A stretch of DNA of 64,000 nucleotides from NCBI GenBank assembly GCA_051294375.1, contig CM119265.1, forward strand, positions 4,710,421-4,774,420, in the 5' to 3' direction. Under the pieces are notes generated by a model that was not told where the DNA came from, made no database searches, and saw only the letters and a program-made list of their open reading frames with translations. Both the position numbers and the translations under genes were made by a program. The stretch's first letter is position 1; each line of letters begins with the position of its first letter. Positions 13,860-26,900 of this stretch are shown here, in pieces. Source of the DNA: Paraspadella gotoi. Lineage: Eukaryota > Animalia > Chaetognatha.

Positions 13860-16800
13860 AAAAAAAGAGGAGAGGAAGAGAATTGTACTCTCTCCAAGAG
13901 TATGTGTAATTATTTGAGTTCTCTCTGGTATATTAAAATTCATCAGTTCTTTATAATTACACTACATACTCTCCTCTTTAAACATTAGCACTTCTATTAT
14001 CGCGACGAGTATCATCAACCAAAATCAAAATTCTGATCACATAGCGCCATATTCATTCATCTGTCACTCACAGCTTAATTGACCTACTAACTTTCCGCTC
14101 TCACACATATCTTGACTAAATATTGTTAGTGAAAACTTCTCTCACACCGAAAAATAAATGAACTCAAGAAAAGGTAATATCATTTGCCTGACAGGATGTT
14201 GAGATGCGACCACAAAAGACTTCTCTCTTGCATTCGATTCCCGCCGTTCGCACGTTTATGAGGAATTGCCATAACTGTTCACATTCGAATCTACGCGCGT
14301 CACACACTGAGGTCATGTAACATTCAAACTTACTTTAGACGCAATCACAACACATTATTATTCGCAAATGACAGGGATTCGAGTTTATTGCTGTAGGAAT
14401 GCGAAGAAACGGTCTTATTTTGGAAAATGAAGAGCTAAAGTATAGAACCGAAACAATGTGCCTCTATACCGAGTTCCGGAACTGAACAGAAATCGTTGAT
14501 TAAATCCTCTCTCCAAAATTTCTTTATTTTGCGCTTAAAATCGCGTTACAAGTAGCACAGATCTTAAGACGACAGGACAGTCTTATCTAACTGAACTCGC
14601 GAATAAGCATGATGTGAGTGCAAGAATTAGTACTTCTCTGACGTTCTACATTTTTACAAATGTTTTTAAGATTGCTAATCAAATTCTTCTTCTTTGAAAT
14701 CTTCATGATTAATCCGGCAGCGTTTAGGGACACGTGCAACTCTTTCAAATTCAGTGTGAGATTCAATCTTTAGTTAGGACGGAGGCGTACAGAATTTCAG
14801 CGTAACAATCCCACGTGAGTTTAAGAACTATATGATACGATTGTGTGTGATCTCGGAGGATGGATGGACCGGAGAAAACACAGAACTGGAAAAAGGTAAG
14901 GCAGCAAGTCAGAGAGGCTAAGGAGTATAATAACTCAGTATGTATATAATCTCTTTGCCTGATGTATCTCTCACCTTCCTATAGATCTAGCATTTTGACC
15001 CCGGATTATATAAAGAACTTCTGCGCTTAGCGAGTAGAATCTCTGTTAAGCGACACAGATTCCATTTGAGAAACAGAGAGAAACAGCTTCTATATCGTTT
15101 CTGAGAAAAAACTGCTCGTCTGGACGGCACATAAAGTATTATCTCTCAATTAAACAAAATGAGATTTATTTTTACGCCGTACTTCTCATACACAAGACAA
15201 TTACTTTAAAAAATGTTAGACATAGTACACATAATCAAATATTTTTTTGGTGATTACTGGGTTCGGATTACAATCTGTATTCTCTTTTCCTCGATGCTTT
15301 TAAGCACTCTCATCACTATCTCACTCCAACTGATCTTACGTCGCTCCCTCACATTTCGTACATGTCTCTTCTGCCTGAATGATCCATTCCCTGGCTCTCC
15401 TCTCTCAAGTATCCTCTGTACTTTGCGCAGTTTTCAGAGCTGTTAAAATCCCAACGTGTAAATGCTGTTCGATGCAGGCTAATCTCGAATATGATAAGGA
15501 TAAAGGGTCCTTAATTGTGAATGTGTTTTGTGTTCGAATATCGTTATATTATTTTGAGACATCACCTTGCTCTTGCCGGTTATATCTGTTGTCTGGCACT
15601 TGTTCTCTCTATTTTTGTGTTGTTCCTGCCATTATGCTGAATCTTGCATTGCTTAGAACACTTTAACAGTTGTTATTATCTTCGTCGGAGTCATAGAAGC
15701 AGTACTAATATCATCTCACTGACTATATTGGTGATATCAGCAGAAAAGAAGATAACTGAACTTCTGGAAATAGGCTCGCGTCGCGATATGTTATCAGCCC
15801 ATTGCTTCCTCAGTGCTGGAGCAAGTATAATCTATAATTAACATCGTTTAGAGATTATTCCGGACGCTGTGTGTATATACACTAGTGAAACAGTATACGG
15901 GAGGTAATGAGGAGATTGTCTGCACCGTCCCGCCGATAAGAGTAACAGGGCGCATTTAATAATATATAGTGATCTCGCCCCGATCCTGCGCAGCAGCGAA
16001 TGTGCCTAGCCTTGTAACGATGTGGCGTCGTTGAATGTCGCTACGCTCATTCGCACAGCATTCGCAGTTGCACTAGAGACAAAGCTTTCTTGAAATGATG
16101 ATAATTTAATTGACAGCCTCGACCACTGACGTTAACAATATAATTACCATAGATATCTGACCGAGCTCTGTGTAGATCAAAACAGGCTAAAATGCATCAC
16201 TTCAATATCTCTTTTAAGTGATCGGAAAGCACAAAAAAACAGAAACTACTAGTAGATACTATGGATAAGGCGCTTAGTGGGCATTAAATCATAAGAGAGA
16301 TGACTATCCGTAACTGCCTATAGGGATGACCGACCGGAGACGCGCACGCTCTCGAGCAGACGAGTGAGAAATCAAAATCGAGATACCATCGAGACAGACA
16401 TTGGAGGAACTAAAGCCCCATAGTGACGGGAAACGTATCGCGCACATAATCTCACAAACGAGAGAGTACCTCACGATTTGGCGGAACAACCAGACGACTC
16501 GTCCGAATGCTTGAGCAGGGAGACTTTAGAGTAAACACGAACGACGGGCCCAGAGTATCTTGCTGAGAGACCGGTACCCCTGAGAGCTAGAGCTGATGCT
16601 TTCACTCGCCAATGAGCCACACCCGGGGTCACAACTGGAAGAGAGATCAAATCTCACCATATATAAGACAGCGAACTCAGGTCGGTAATAGACTACTACC
16701 CGGTAAGACTCAAACGTAAACAAACAAAAGGACATCTTAACCTGCACTATCTATCTCATCATCTTTCACCACTCACACCCACAAGACATCACACTCACAT

Positions 16801-19800
16801 CAACAACCACAACACAATTGGTTAAAGCAATAAATTATCACTGCTTTCTCTCACCCACACAAACACGTCGTGCCAAGAGAGCTTGTGTAATGAGGGCGTA
16901 TTCCGAGAGCCGAGTACCAATGGAGAGGAGTCAGAGGCACGAAGACGGTGTGCGTTGTCAGACAACTCGGGTGGCGGAGGGAGGCGGAGAGACTGGAAGA
17001 TCAACGAGCCGTCCTTCTGGATGTCCCAACGGACGCCTGCGAGCCTGATGTCGTGCCTCTCGTCTCAGCGACAAACAGATAGAGTGTGAGAGCCGCGCGG
17101 CGAGTATAATGGATGACGATACGTCGATATCTTGTTCTCTTGTGAGTGTTTGTTGTCGCCAGGTTCGGTGACGGAGTTAATCTAATGAGCGCATCTCATG
17201 CGAATGTAAGAATTGACTCACTCCGCTGGAGGATGAAGAGGGGAAAATTGATGGACACCGACAGGATTATGATGGATAAGAGAAAAATGAAAAGATAATG
17301 TAAGGGTTGGCTGGGTGCCTCTAGGCATGCGCCAACATCGCAGCGAGAGAGGAAGATTAAATGGTGGAGCAGACCAGGATAAAATCAGACTATCTGCGGA
17401 CTCTCCAATTCTATAAGACAATGGCTGTGTTCATAATTATCTGCTATGTCGACCTTTATCTGCCATAACAGAGAGACGCTTCAAATCTGTCACATGTACT
17501 ACTCCTAAAGTACCATTGATCTATTGCACTAACGCGCAATCATTAAACGCTAAAAACGCTAGATATAATTGCGACCGAAAGAGAAGATTCGAAAATGGGT
17601 GTTTTGTACAAAAATATGAGGCCTAGAGAAACTCTCGTATTTGTCTTCGTTCTCTATTAATAAGTTATGCGTTCTGTCTCTGGTGAGTTTGTTCTAGTTG
17701 CAAAAGCGTGAGAAAATATAATGACTCGAGCGGGCTATCGGAATATGCAAATATATTTTATACTCAGTCCTCTTTAAGAAAGAGTGCTATAATTCCGATA
17801 TGTAAGTAATGGTCGATATGACAGTCTTCTTTTAGAGTGCTCTCTATCAAGTGACGAAGGTACTTTGATCTCCGTTTGTTTTTCAGCAAGCGACAGTTGA
17901 GAATTGTAATATAATATTTCACAATAATATATGTCTTCATTTAGCGCCTCGAGAGTCAAAATTGCAAATGGCGAGTTAAGCTCGGGTTGAGAAGCTTAGG
18001 TAATTTGATTATCTTGCCCCTAATTACACTGAGCAACCACAAGGTGTTAGCTCTCTACAATCAAATAAACAAACAACGAGAGAAATTGCCATATCTCTAT
18101 AAATAAAAAGACCGAAAGGATTTTATCTTAAATTTAGAGATAGGGTGAAGATTTCTGAAGATCAAAATATTTGGCTTTAAGTATTTAATTTATTAAAGAT
18201 ACATAAAACAATATACTTCATTTTCTTTTAATGCTGTTTTTAATGTTCGTTATCGCACTAAATCTGACGAGATTTTTCTGTCTCGTTCACAATCTGTTGT
18301 TTCAAGCGATTCTGGAGGGTGCAAATCTATAATTTCTAAAAATGGAGCGGTAAATACTCTATATATTTTTGTCAAGATAGGCATGGGGACGATAATATAG
18401 ATCGCTAATCAGCATTAGAAGTATAGTAAAACTACTATATGGCTACTACCCAGAAACCCAAATAAAAATTGAATATAAAAGATTATAAAATGGTGCAGTT
18501 GATTAAATAAAAAAAATTAACGATGATAATCCCACAACGCCAAAGTTAGGTAAGAATAATAAATCATAAGGAAAGAGGAGAGTGTAGAATAAGCAGATTT
18601 GTCGAGCAATGTAGTAATATTCAGTCTTAGTAATCCTGATGAATGTGCATTGAAAAAGCAAGGATTTAATAACGCTCTGCATGGAATATCCCCACGCATG
18701 GGAATGGTAGAGCACGAAATAGTTAACGCGACACGATACTGTACTCCTCCCGCGATGATAGTCGGACAACTAAAAAGTATGTTGTATAGTTGTATCTTAA
18801 ATTTTAGCGAATGGTCAAAGCTGCAGATATGTAGAATGCCTTTGTATGTATATATGTATGTGATTTGGGATTACTCATTACCGGGTTCGGTCCCTAGCTG
18901 ATTAATATCAAAAATTTTGAAGCTTCGTATTATCGGAGAGGAGATAATGATCTCGAGTAGATATGATTTTCGCAAATAAAAAAAATCTAAAAAAGATTGC
19001 TCTTATATTTTGCAATCATTAACGAAAGATTTTTTTAAATCTCTCGGTCAAAAGTAATAAAATGACATTCTTAAACATACGGTCGGTCGGCTGAAAAATG
19101 TTTATGCTTTAGATTTAAAAAATCAGGACTATAATAAATACACTCCAAGTCCACGGTCAGGCGCAACACAAAATACGGCGCTGAAACTGCAGAACGATTC
19201 GAGTTCGTTTAGCGTATTAAGTTTTTTTTTAAGATAAAAGTTATTTTAGTTCTTTCATTAAAATAGAATTTGGGCTAAAACTAAGTTGTACGAGGTTGTG
19301 TCATGAATGAGCAATTAAAGTTTTTATGAGTGATAACGTTTTTGTTGTGTAAAAAAATAAGTAACGCCAAAAAATATCGGTTCTTTTTTTTTTTATTTAG
19401 AGGGAAAAATTCGTGCCAAAATTCGATCTGATGTTTTCACTGATCTTTCTCTCTCACATTGGATATTTTAGTGAAATGTTTTGACTATTTGTAAACTTGC
19501 GCATGGGAATAAGGCCTTCTTTTTCGTTTGTTGTAAGGAGTTTTTTCGGAATTTTTTTACAGAAGCGATGTTTTATTTGGTGGAAAAAAGCAGAGCGATG
19601 TTTCTCCGGAGCTCATAATTTTCGAGCCTTCTCACTGGCAGGCAGCTTGGACGAGTTTGTTGAATTGAGAAATACAGATTTTTGGAAGCTTGAATATTTT
19701 CCTCTCTCTGCTCTCTTCTGCTCCCTCTCTCTGCTCTGCTCTCCCTTACTTACTGCTTTCACCAATTATCATGTTCTTTTTCACCAACTTATTCAAGATT

Positions 19801-20630
19801 GCGCTTATCATAAAAATCTGTCCTCAAGCACTGACTCACTGTCGCTTTCTCAAGGTTCATGTGTTTGAAACTTTACTCTTTAGCTCTCATCTTTTCTCTC
19901 GCTCTGCTCTCGATCTCTCGTCTCTCTGGCTCGTGCTCTCTCTTGTCTTTCAACGTATGCAAATTGTATCGCTACGAGTTCACCAAATGTCAAGTGGCTG
20001 ATGAAGGCCTCGAATCGATTCTGGGTGAGCCGTTCGAATCCAGGTGCGAACAGATCGTGGTACTCGATTTGCTTCCGGGTTTTTTCAAGCAGATCCGGGT
20101 GCGAGTTGGATAATCGGTCGGAATCGTCTGGTCGGTTCGGGTATTATCCGGGAGGTCAGGAATTGGGCGATCGGTCGGAAAATCATCGTTCCGGTTTCCG
20201 CTATCGGGTCGGCTATCAGGTGCGGTGCGGATACAGTGTCGGGTCCGATCGAGGCGAAACGGTATGGCAAAAAGAGGCAAGCAAAAAACTCTATTTCGGG
20301 ATGGATATATTTACGGGCAAGAGAAGATTCGGGAAAGAATAAGACAAAGTCCATATAGTTACATATCCAGTACACTCACTAATCTGTCTACTCTCTTCTC
20401 GTCTCATGCATCGTCGGCGTCCTCTTCTCTCCTCTTCATATCTCTCTCATTTCTTTCATTCTCTCAGGCGCCATTGTAAAAGCTCATTCAAGATGACTCT
20501 TCAGCGTTGCGACGTTCTTCTTCTTTCTTCTCTCTCGACTCTCACGGTAGGCTGTCCTAACCTCTCTCGTCGCTCTACAGCATCTCTCTCTGTGCATAGT
20601 CTCCAATATCGTATCTGCGTCTCTCTGGGA
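13860..20630. other. Low-accuracy (raw long-read-like) gap-fill sequence
   Basis: Begins at a 25-N gap, lacks the clean homopolymer/microsatellite texture seen elsewhere, and where it matches other loci (43102-43921, 9390-9830) it is inflated by many short insertions. Confidence 0.6.
14168..15392 (+). mobile_element. Noisy second copy of the TTAA-flanked element at 43102-43921
   Basis: Exact shared tacatttttacaaatgtttttaagattgctaatcaaatt (~14647 vs ~43457), then collinear tgcaactct(t)tcaaattcagtgt, ttttttggtga..tactgg and ctgaatga..ttcc. Boundaries approximate. Confidence 0.7.
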
Positions 20631-20636
20631 CAAATC

Positions 20637-20984
20637 GAGGGAGTCATGTGATCAGTCCACGTGATCAAAAAGTCAATTGAACCGCGAGAAGGACGTGATC
20701 CCAGCCAGGACAAAGAGAACGAACGACGAGCCGATAACCGACACGGCGATACGACGGGAGAGACAGACGAACGACTACGACGAGGAGGTCAATTATTTAT
20801 CGGCCACTATAATTATCGGACCGTCGCTGATAACGATCCGTTTTTGACCAAATCCAAAAGGAATAATTTATCTTCTTTTTTTTTTATCCTTTTCATTCAA
20901 CAAAATCAAAGGTACATTAATCAAGTAAATGCAACCCAGCTATAGATTGAAAATAGATTCTTGACGAACATGGTTAAATTTTTA
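20637..20984 (+). repeat. Direct repeat, copy 2 (partner 9833-10160)
   Basis: Collinear with 9833-10160, with scattered single-base insertions. Confidence 0.92.
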
Positions 20985-23900
20985 GCACAATCTTTGATCC
21001 GCGAATTTCGCGTCATCCCGATCCCGACCTTTTTGATGACCCACGATTTGACCCATGGATGACCCTCGATCGCTGAGATGGAAACGAAATCGATAGTCGG
21101 GGGTTTTAGTTGTTGTTGTTGTTTATTGGTTGTTACGTGGGTTGGTAAGAGCGCGGTAAATGGAAGGTTTTTCATTTCGGGCTGAAAGCAGAGATTTTAC
21201 CTTCATTCAGTTTCAGGAAATTTTGACGTCTTTATATCCTGACAACAACAACAACAACGAAATTTAAGAACAACAACAAAAAGAACAACCTCGGCGCCGT
21301 CAAATCATTAAGCTCATAATGACGTCCTTTGGTCGATCCTTTTGCCGCAGGAATCGATGACGTTAATCCGGTTTTCCGTTCTCGCTTTGGATTGGGAGCT
21401 ATGCGAGGGGGGTGGCAGTGAGAGTCGTATGGATAAATCTCCGTGGCCTCACCCTGAAACGTATTCTATTACCCCGCGGCCTTACCTTTTTCCGTCGGCC
21501 CGCGCAGCGTTTTCAGCTTCTCCCCCCGCCCCTCTCTCTCTCTCTCTTTCTCTCCCCTAACCCCCGACTTTTTGACGTTTTTTCATCCAAGTTTGTTTTG
21601 GTTATTCGGGTGGCCAGGTTAGGCTTTTGTTTCCCTTACCGGAGATATTGTTTGTTGATTCGGGGCGGTCGAGTTTGGGGTCGTTCGTTTAAGCTCAAGA
21701 TTCGACGCGGGCGTTCCCAAATCGTTTCTTTTGTTTCGGTTTCCGATTGTTTAGTCGTTTTGTTGTTTTGTTTTTATTCGATCCCCGTCGGATCCATGAT
21801 TATGTTCACGATTGTTTTGTGAGAGGAAGAGATGATTTCGGCGATCGGTAAAGTCGGATTAATTTCCTTGAGGTCAGTGGGAAGCTGAAGAGCGACGACG
21901 ACGACGACGACAGCTACACCGGTCGGCGGCGAGATCCTTATGGCCCGTCAACCGGCGGCGGAGCATCCCTCTTACGTCCTTCTGTTTACTTTCCCGTCGA
22001 ATAATCTAAAAGTTTAGAGAAACCTTCCCGCGGGAAGATAAACTTGACGAGCATTCCAGAAGTCAAGTTTGTGCGTTCAAAAAGTGAGAAGAAGCTGCGA
22101 GAAAAACAACTGTTAAAGTTTAAGATGGAAACGAAGGGGAAAAAAAAAGAAAATCGACAGAAAAGAAAAAGAAAGAGATAAAAATATTTACAAACTAAAA
22201 CCATCCTTTCATCGGTCGAGGGAAGTTTAAAACTAATGAAACTGCAAGAAGACTTAAATATTTTTCCGCTTTTTTTGTGTGTGTATATTTCGATTGCCTC
22301 GAGTGAAGTCGACATTTCCAAGAAAAGAGGAATGCGTGAACTAATTAACTTTTTGCTGGAGAAACAATTAGCGACGTCGTTAGTCAAGGTCACACCGAGT
22401 CCTAGATACTACAATAATTTATTCTGTCAGAACGACTCTTCTTTCTTTTTACCCTCAGCTGCATATACTTAGCATTCAGCGACAAAAAAAAAACCGATTT
22501 TTTTGATTGTTTAATTTAACGATTGCTCAAAATTTATGTAGTTTTTAGGGCTGACGTCGATTCACGATTCGGGATATAAACTAATAATTCGTTTAATGTT
22601 CTTCGCGATCTGTAAAGACCTAAGATTCGTCCAAATCTTTCCTAACACTGTAAAGTTTAAAACCGCGAGTGGCTCCTGCCCTTGCGGCATTGTCGAAATA
22701 TTTACCCCGGCCGCCGTGATTTTCATTATTATGCATTTTATATTCTATTGTTGTGATTAATTGAAGTGATATCAGCGCCTTTCCTCTCAGACAAGTCCCC
22801 CCCNNNNNNNNNNNNNNNNNNNNNNNNNNNNGAGGGAAGAAGGGGAGATGGCGAATACAGACGTGATAATTTTAGGTGGTTGTTTTTTAAAGATTCACGC
22901 TTCCATCCGTAAACAAAAAAGACCCGAAAACTCTCACTAACGTAAACAATATTCGATAAAAACGGAGGAGCGAGGGTTCGAGTAATAGAAACCCCGTTTT
23001 TAACTCTCCCATTAGCCGAGACCCGATAAAGCGACTTATGTTTCCCGTCGTCCTTCCCGCGCTTAACCCCGACCCGATCTCGCTCCACCGTAGCTTCTTT
23101 TAAAAAGGCGGTAAATGATTAATGAAAATAGACGAGCGATATACTGTAGTATACTATACCAATCTTCTTCTATAACGTTTAATTCTGTAATATTTCAGAA
23201 ATTAATAATAAATAAGACTCATTGGAATTAATTCCTGGTTAGAGGTTTTTTTNNNNNNNNNNNNNNNNNNNNNNNNNNNNNNNNNNNNNNNNNNNNNNNN
23301 NNNNNNNNNNNNNNNNNNNNNNNNNNNNNNNNNNNNNNNNNNNNNNNNNNNNNNNNNNNNNNNNNNNNNNNNNNNNNNNNNNNNNNNNNNNNNNNNNNNN
23401 NNNNNNNNNNNNNNNNNNNNNNNNNNNNNNNNNNNNNNNNNNNNNNNNNNNNNNNNNNNNNNNNNNNNNNNNTCCATTCCCGGCGACTTTATCTGTTGGG
23501 ATTGAGATTGGCGCGAGGAGAAAGTGGAATATCTTACATCCACTTCTTAGTCACTCTCCCNNNNNNNNNNNNNNNNNNNNNNNNNNNNNNNNNNNNNNNN
23601 NNNNNNNNNNNNNNNNNNNNNNNNNNNNNNNNNNNNNNNNNNNNNNNNNNNNNNNNNNNNNNNNNNNNNNNNNNNNNNNNNNNNNNNNNNNNNNNNNNNN
23701 NNNNNNNNNNNNNNNNNNNNNNNNNNNNNNNNNNNNNNNNNNNNNNNNNNNNNNNNNNNNNNNNNNNNNNNNNNNNNNNNNNNNNNNNNNNNNNNNNNNN
23801 NNNNNNNNNNNNNNNNTAAAAAATATTAATTATCATCTTATTTTTTGGTTTATAAAAACAGCAAAAAAACCACATAAAATCCTTAGAAAAAGAAATAACT

Positions 23901-26900
23901 TCGATACTTCTAACCATCGCCAACGCTCTCCGTCTCAATCCTCTCACGTCTGTGAAAAGTCTTTATTTATTTTTCCCGGGAAAAAAGCAACGAAGACGCA
24001 AATATAATTTCCTGACGGGATTTCGTCCTTCAAGACTCAAGACTAAGATCACGGGGTCACGCGCGCGCGGGCGTCTCANNNNNNNNNNNNNNNNNNNNNN
24101 NNNNNNNNNNNNNNNNNNNNNNNNNNNNNNNNNNNNNNNNNNNNNNNNNNNNNNNNNNNNNNNNNNNNNNNNNNNNNNNNNNNNNNNNNNNNNNNNNNNN
24201 NNNNNNNNNNNNNNNNNNNNNNNNNNNNNNNNNNNNNNNNNNNNNNNNNNNNNNNNNNNNNNNNNNNNNNNNNNNNNNNNNNNNNNNNNNNNNNNNNNNN
24301 NNNNNNNNNNNNNNNNNNNNNNNNNNNNNNNNNNNNNNNNTTTTTTTTCTTTTATATTTCGAAACTGAACGTCTCTGCGACTTTTCTTTCTTCTCTTCGT
24401 CTCATCGACATTTCTTTCCCTTATTTTCTTTTTCGTCTCTTCTCTTACAATTTTCTTTCCTTGATTTGCCTCTTATTCTGATCGACATTCTATCACATTT
24501 CACAAGATTCACTCTTTTTATTCGCGGACGAGAGGGTACAGTTACGTAGTCCAAAAGCCCTTCATGACACCTGAACTTAAATTTGTATATTTATGTTATG
24601 TATGTACTTAATTAAATATAATTTGTTATGCTTAATATCTCTAACGGCCTCATCCTCTGCTTCTTTCGTTTCGAGGCACCCGTGGGTCATTGACTCGTTG
24701 CTTCCTGGTNNNNNNNNNNNNNNNNNNNNNNNNNNNNNNNNNNNNNNNNNNNNNNNNNNNNNNNNNNNNNNNNNNNNNNNNNNNNNNNNNNNNNNNNNNN
24801 NNNNNNNNNNNNNNNNNNNNNNNNNNNNNNNNNNNNNNNNNNNNNNNNNNNNNNNNNNNNNNNNNNNNNNNNNNNNNNNNNNNNNNNNNNNNNNNNNNNN
24901 NNNNNNNNNNNNNNNNNNNNNNNACCTGTTACGTTCAAAAGGAGAGATTTTCTGTACATCGGAGAAAGAAAGAAATAGAAAAAAAAAGTAGTTCCCTTTT
25001 TTCGCATCTAGGAGCGTCCGAGCATCGTTCCTTCTCCTTTTTTCCTTTGACTCGAGTTGCTATTTTGTTCGCGTCTCTTTTTCGCCCGTCGACCCCAACG
25101 CCTTTAAAGCCGCCTTACGAGGCCTTGAGGGTCGAATGACTCCCTTTTTATGAGCGCGATTTCGAGATTCGCCGGCGTTAAGGAAATCGTTAGGAGCGCG
25201 TTAAGGGTCCTTGTCCGAGAGGCTCGATCTCTTTCGCGCCTGAAAAACGGTCGACAGGGTTCCCGGATGTTGTTGAGAAAGATTAGTTCTCTTTTTTAAA
25301 ATAATCTTGACACTTGTTGAGGTTGTTTAACCGATAATTCATCTCGACCATTCTTCTTATTTACATCTGTTCTCATTGAAACCTCGCCCAGACCCCTGCG
25401 ACTCTTTTTAAACGATCTCCCCTCCAACTCTTTGTCAGCCTCCCCGCCGCGCGCTTCCCCGTTCGTCGAAAGGGTTAAAGGTTTTGATCGTTCATTTGTT
25501 TAAAGCGAACCTTTGAAGCGATTAATCGAAAAAAAAAAGTGGTTCGGAAAAACATAAAATATTTTCTTTATTTTCATTCTCTCCCTCCATTCACCTCCTC
25601 TTTAACTCACCGACTCAAATCACCGATTTAATCGGTCATGTAAATCGCATTCGTTAGGCAAATTCGATGCTTCCCCGTCCCTTCTATTTCTTTTACCTTT
25701 CAATCTTATCCTAATTTCCCTTCTGGCCCCCCCCTCCCCGGCTCCCATCCCTCGTCCCCCCCTCTCCACTCTCCCTTCTCCCCCATTCCCCAGGCTCGTA
25801 CGTTGGCTCGTGAGATCCCGAAGACCTTGAACAATGAGCGACCACACGGGATTAATCGTTTCGGGCAAAACCGATTTGAGATTTAAATAAATTTCCTCCT
25901 TTCGTTTGCCGGTTGCACGATCCCGATCGATCACTCCCCTTTCTATCCTGGATATCTTCACGTCTTCTTTCTTAAATTATTCGTTGGTCATTGATTAGAA
26001 AGTTGTGCTTGTGTATGTTTCAATTTTTGTGCATGTGTATTTTGCTTCTTATTGAATGAATTACAAATTTATAAATAACTAAATAAATAAATGAATAATT
26101 GCCGATTGAAAGACTAAGCCCAAGCACTCAATAAAAATTAAAACAAAAAACGAAATACCAATATCACTTTCTATCTAAGTATACTATATTGATATAAGAA
26201 ATTGTTTAAATTCATATATTTCTTCGGTAAATAAGCTATTTTAGGTTTAAATGTGTTAATTAAATTCTAACGTTAAAAATTTAAAACCATATATTTAAAT
26301 TAGTTCCTTCTGCATCAGACGTTGTGACTCGTCAAACGTCGTCACGACGACGACGAAGACGACGAAACGAAATTCATGGGCTTCGCCGCATGAGTCACGG
26401 AATCAACGATTCTATGATTCACGGTTTTTCACGCCGAGTTTATTAAACTCACGAGAGTCACGACTCCCTTTCGATTCGACGTCTGACCGTTTAAGGTTTT
26501 TGCGGTTCCTTCGTCGTAAAAAGTTTGATTGATGCATGTATCGTAGCATTTATCACATTATTCTCTCTTCTCTACTCTCTCTCTCATCTCTTCTCTCTCT
26601 GATATCGACCTTCCCACCCGAGCTTCCGGTCGGATAAGTAACCGAATTTTAAAGTCCCCACACATCACGTTCATTAATTTACCACGTCATCGCCGTCATC
26701 GCCCTCAAACCTTCAACCATCACTTCTCACCTCCTCCCCTTTCGGTTTCCCCCTTTCTTTTTCACATCATCTCTTCGCCTTCCTCATTCACTCTTCCAAC
26801 TTTGGCGACACTTTCTCGTGACGTCCCTTTTTTCCTTTTTCTTCCACCTCCCAACACCTCGCGCCTCCAAGGGACCAAAGCGTCACTCTCGATTCACACA

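Noticed and set aside
19989-20050. tRNA or tRNA-SINE head (GTTCGAATCC B-box-like at ~20032)
   Set aside because: No convincing A box or cloverleaf, and the sequence is low accuracy.
25089-25136. Imperfect hairpin tcgaccccaacgcct / aggccttgagggtcga as a pre-miRNA
   Set aside because: Stem of ~15 bp is too short, does not extend, and matches no miRNA I recognise.
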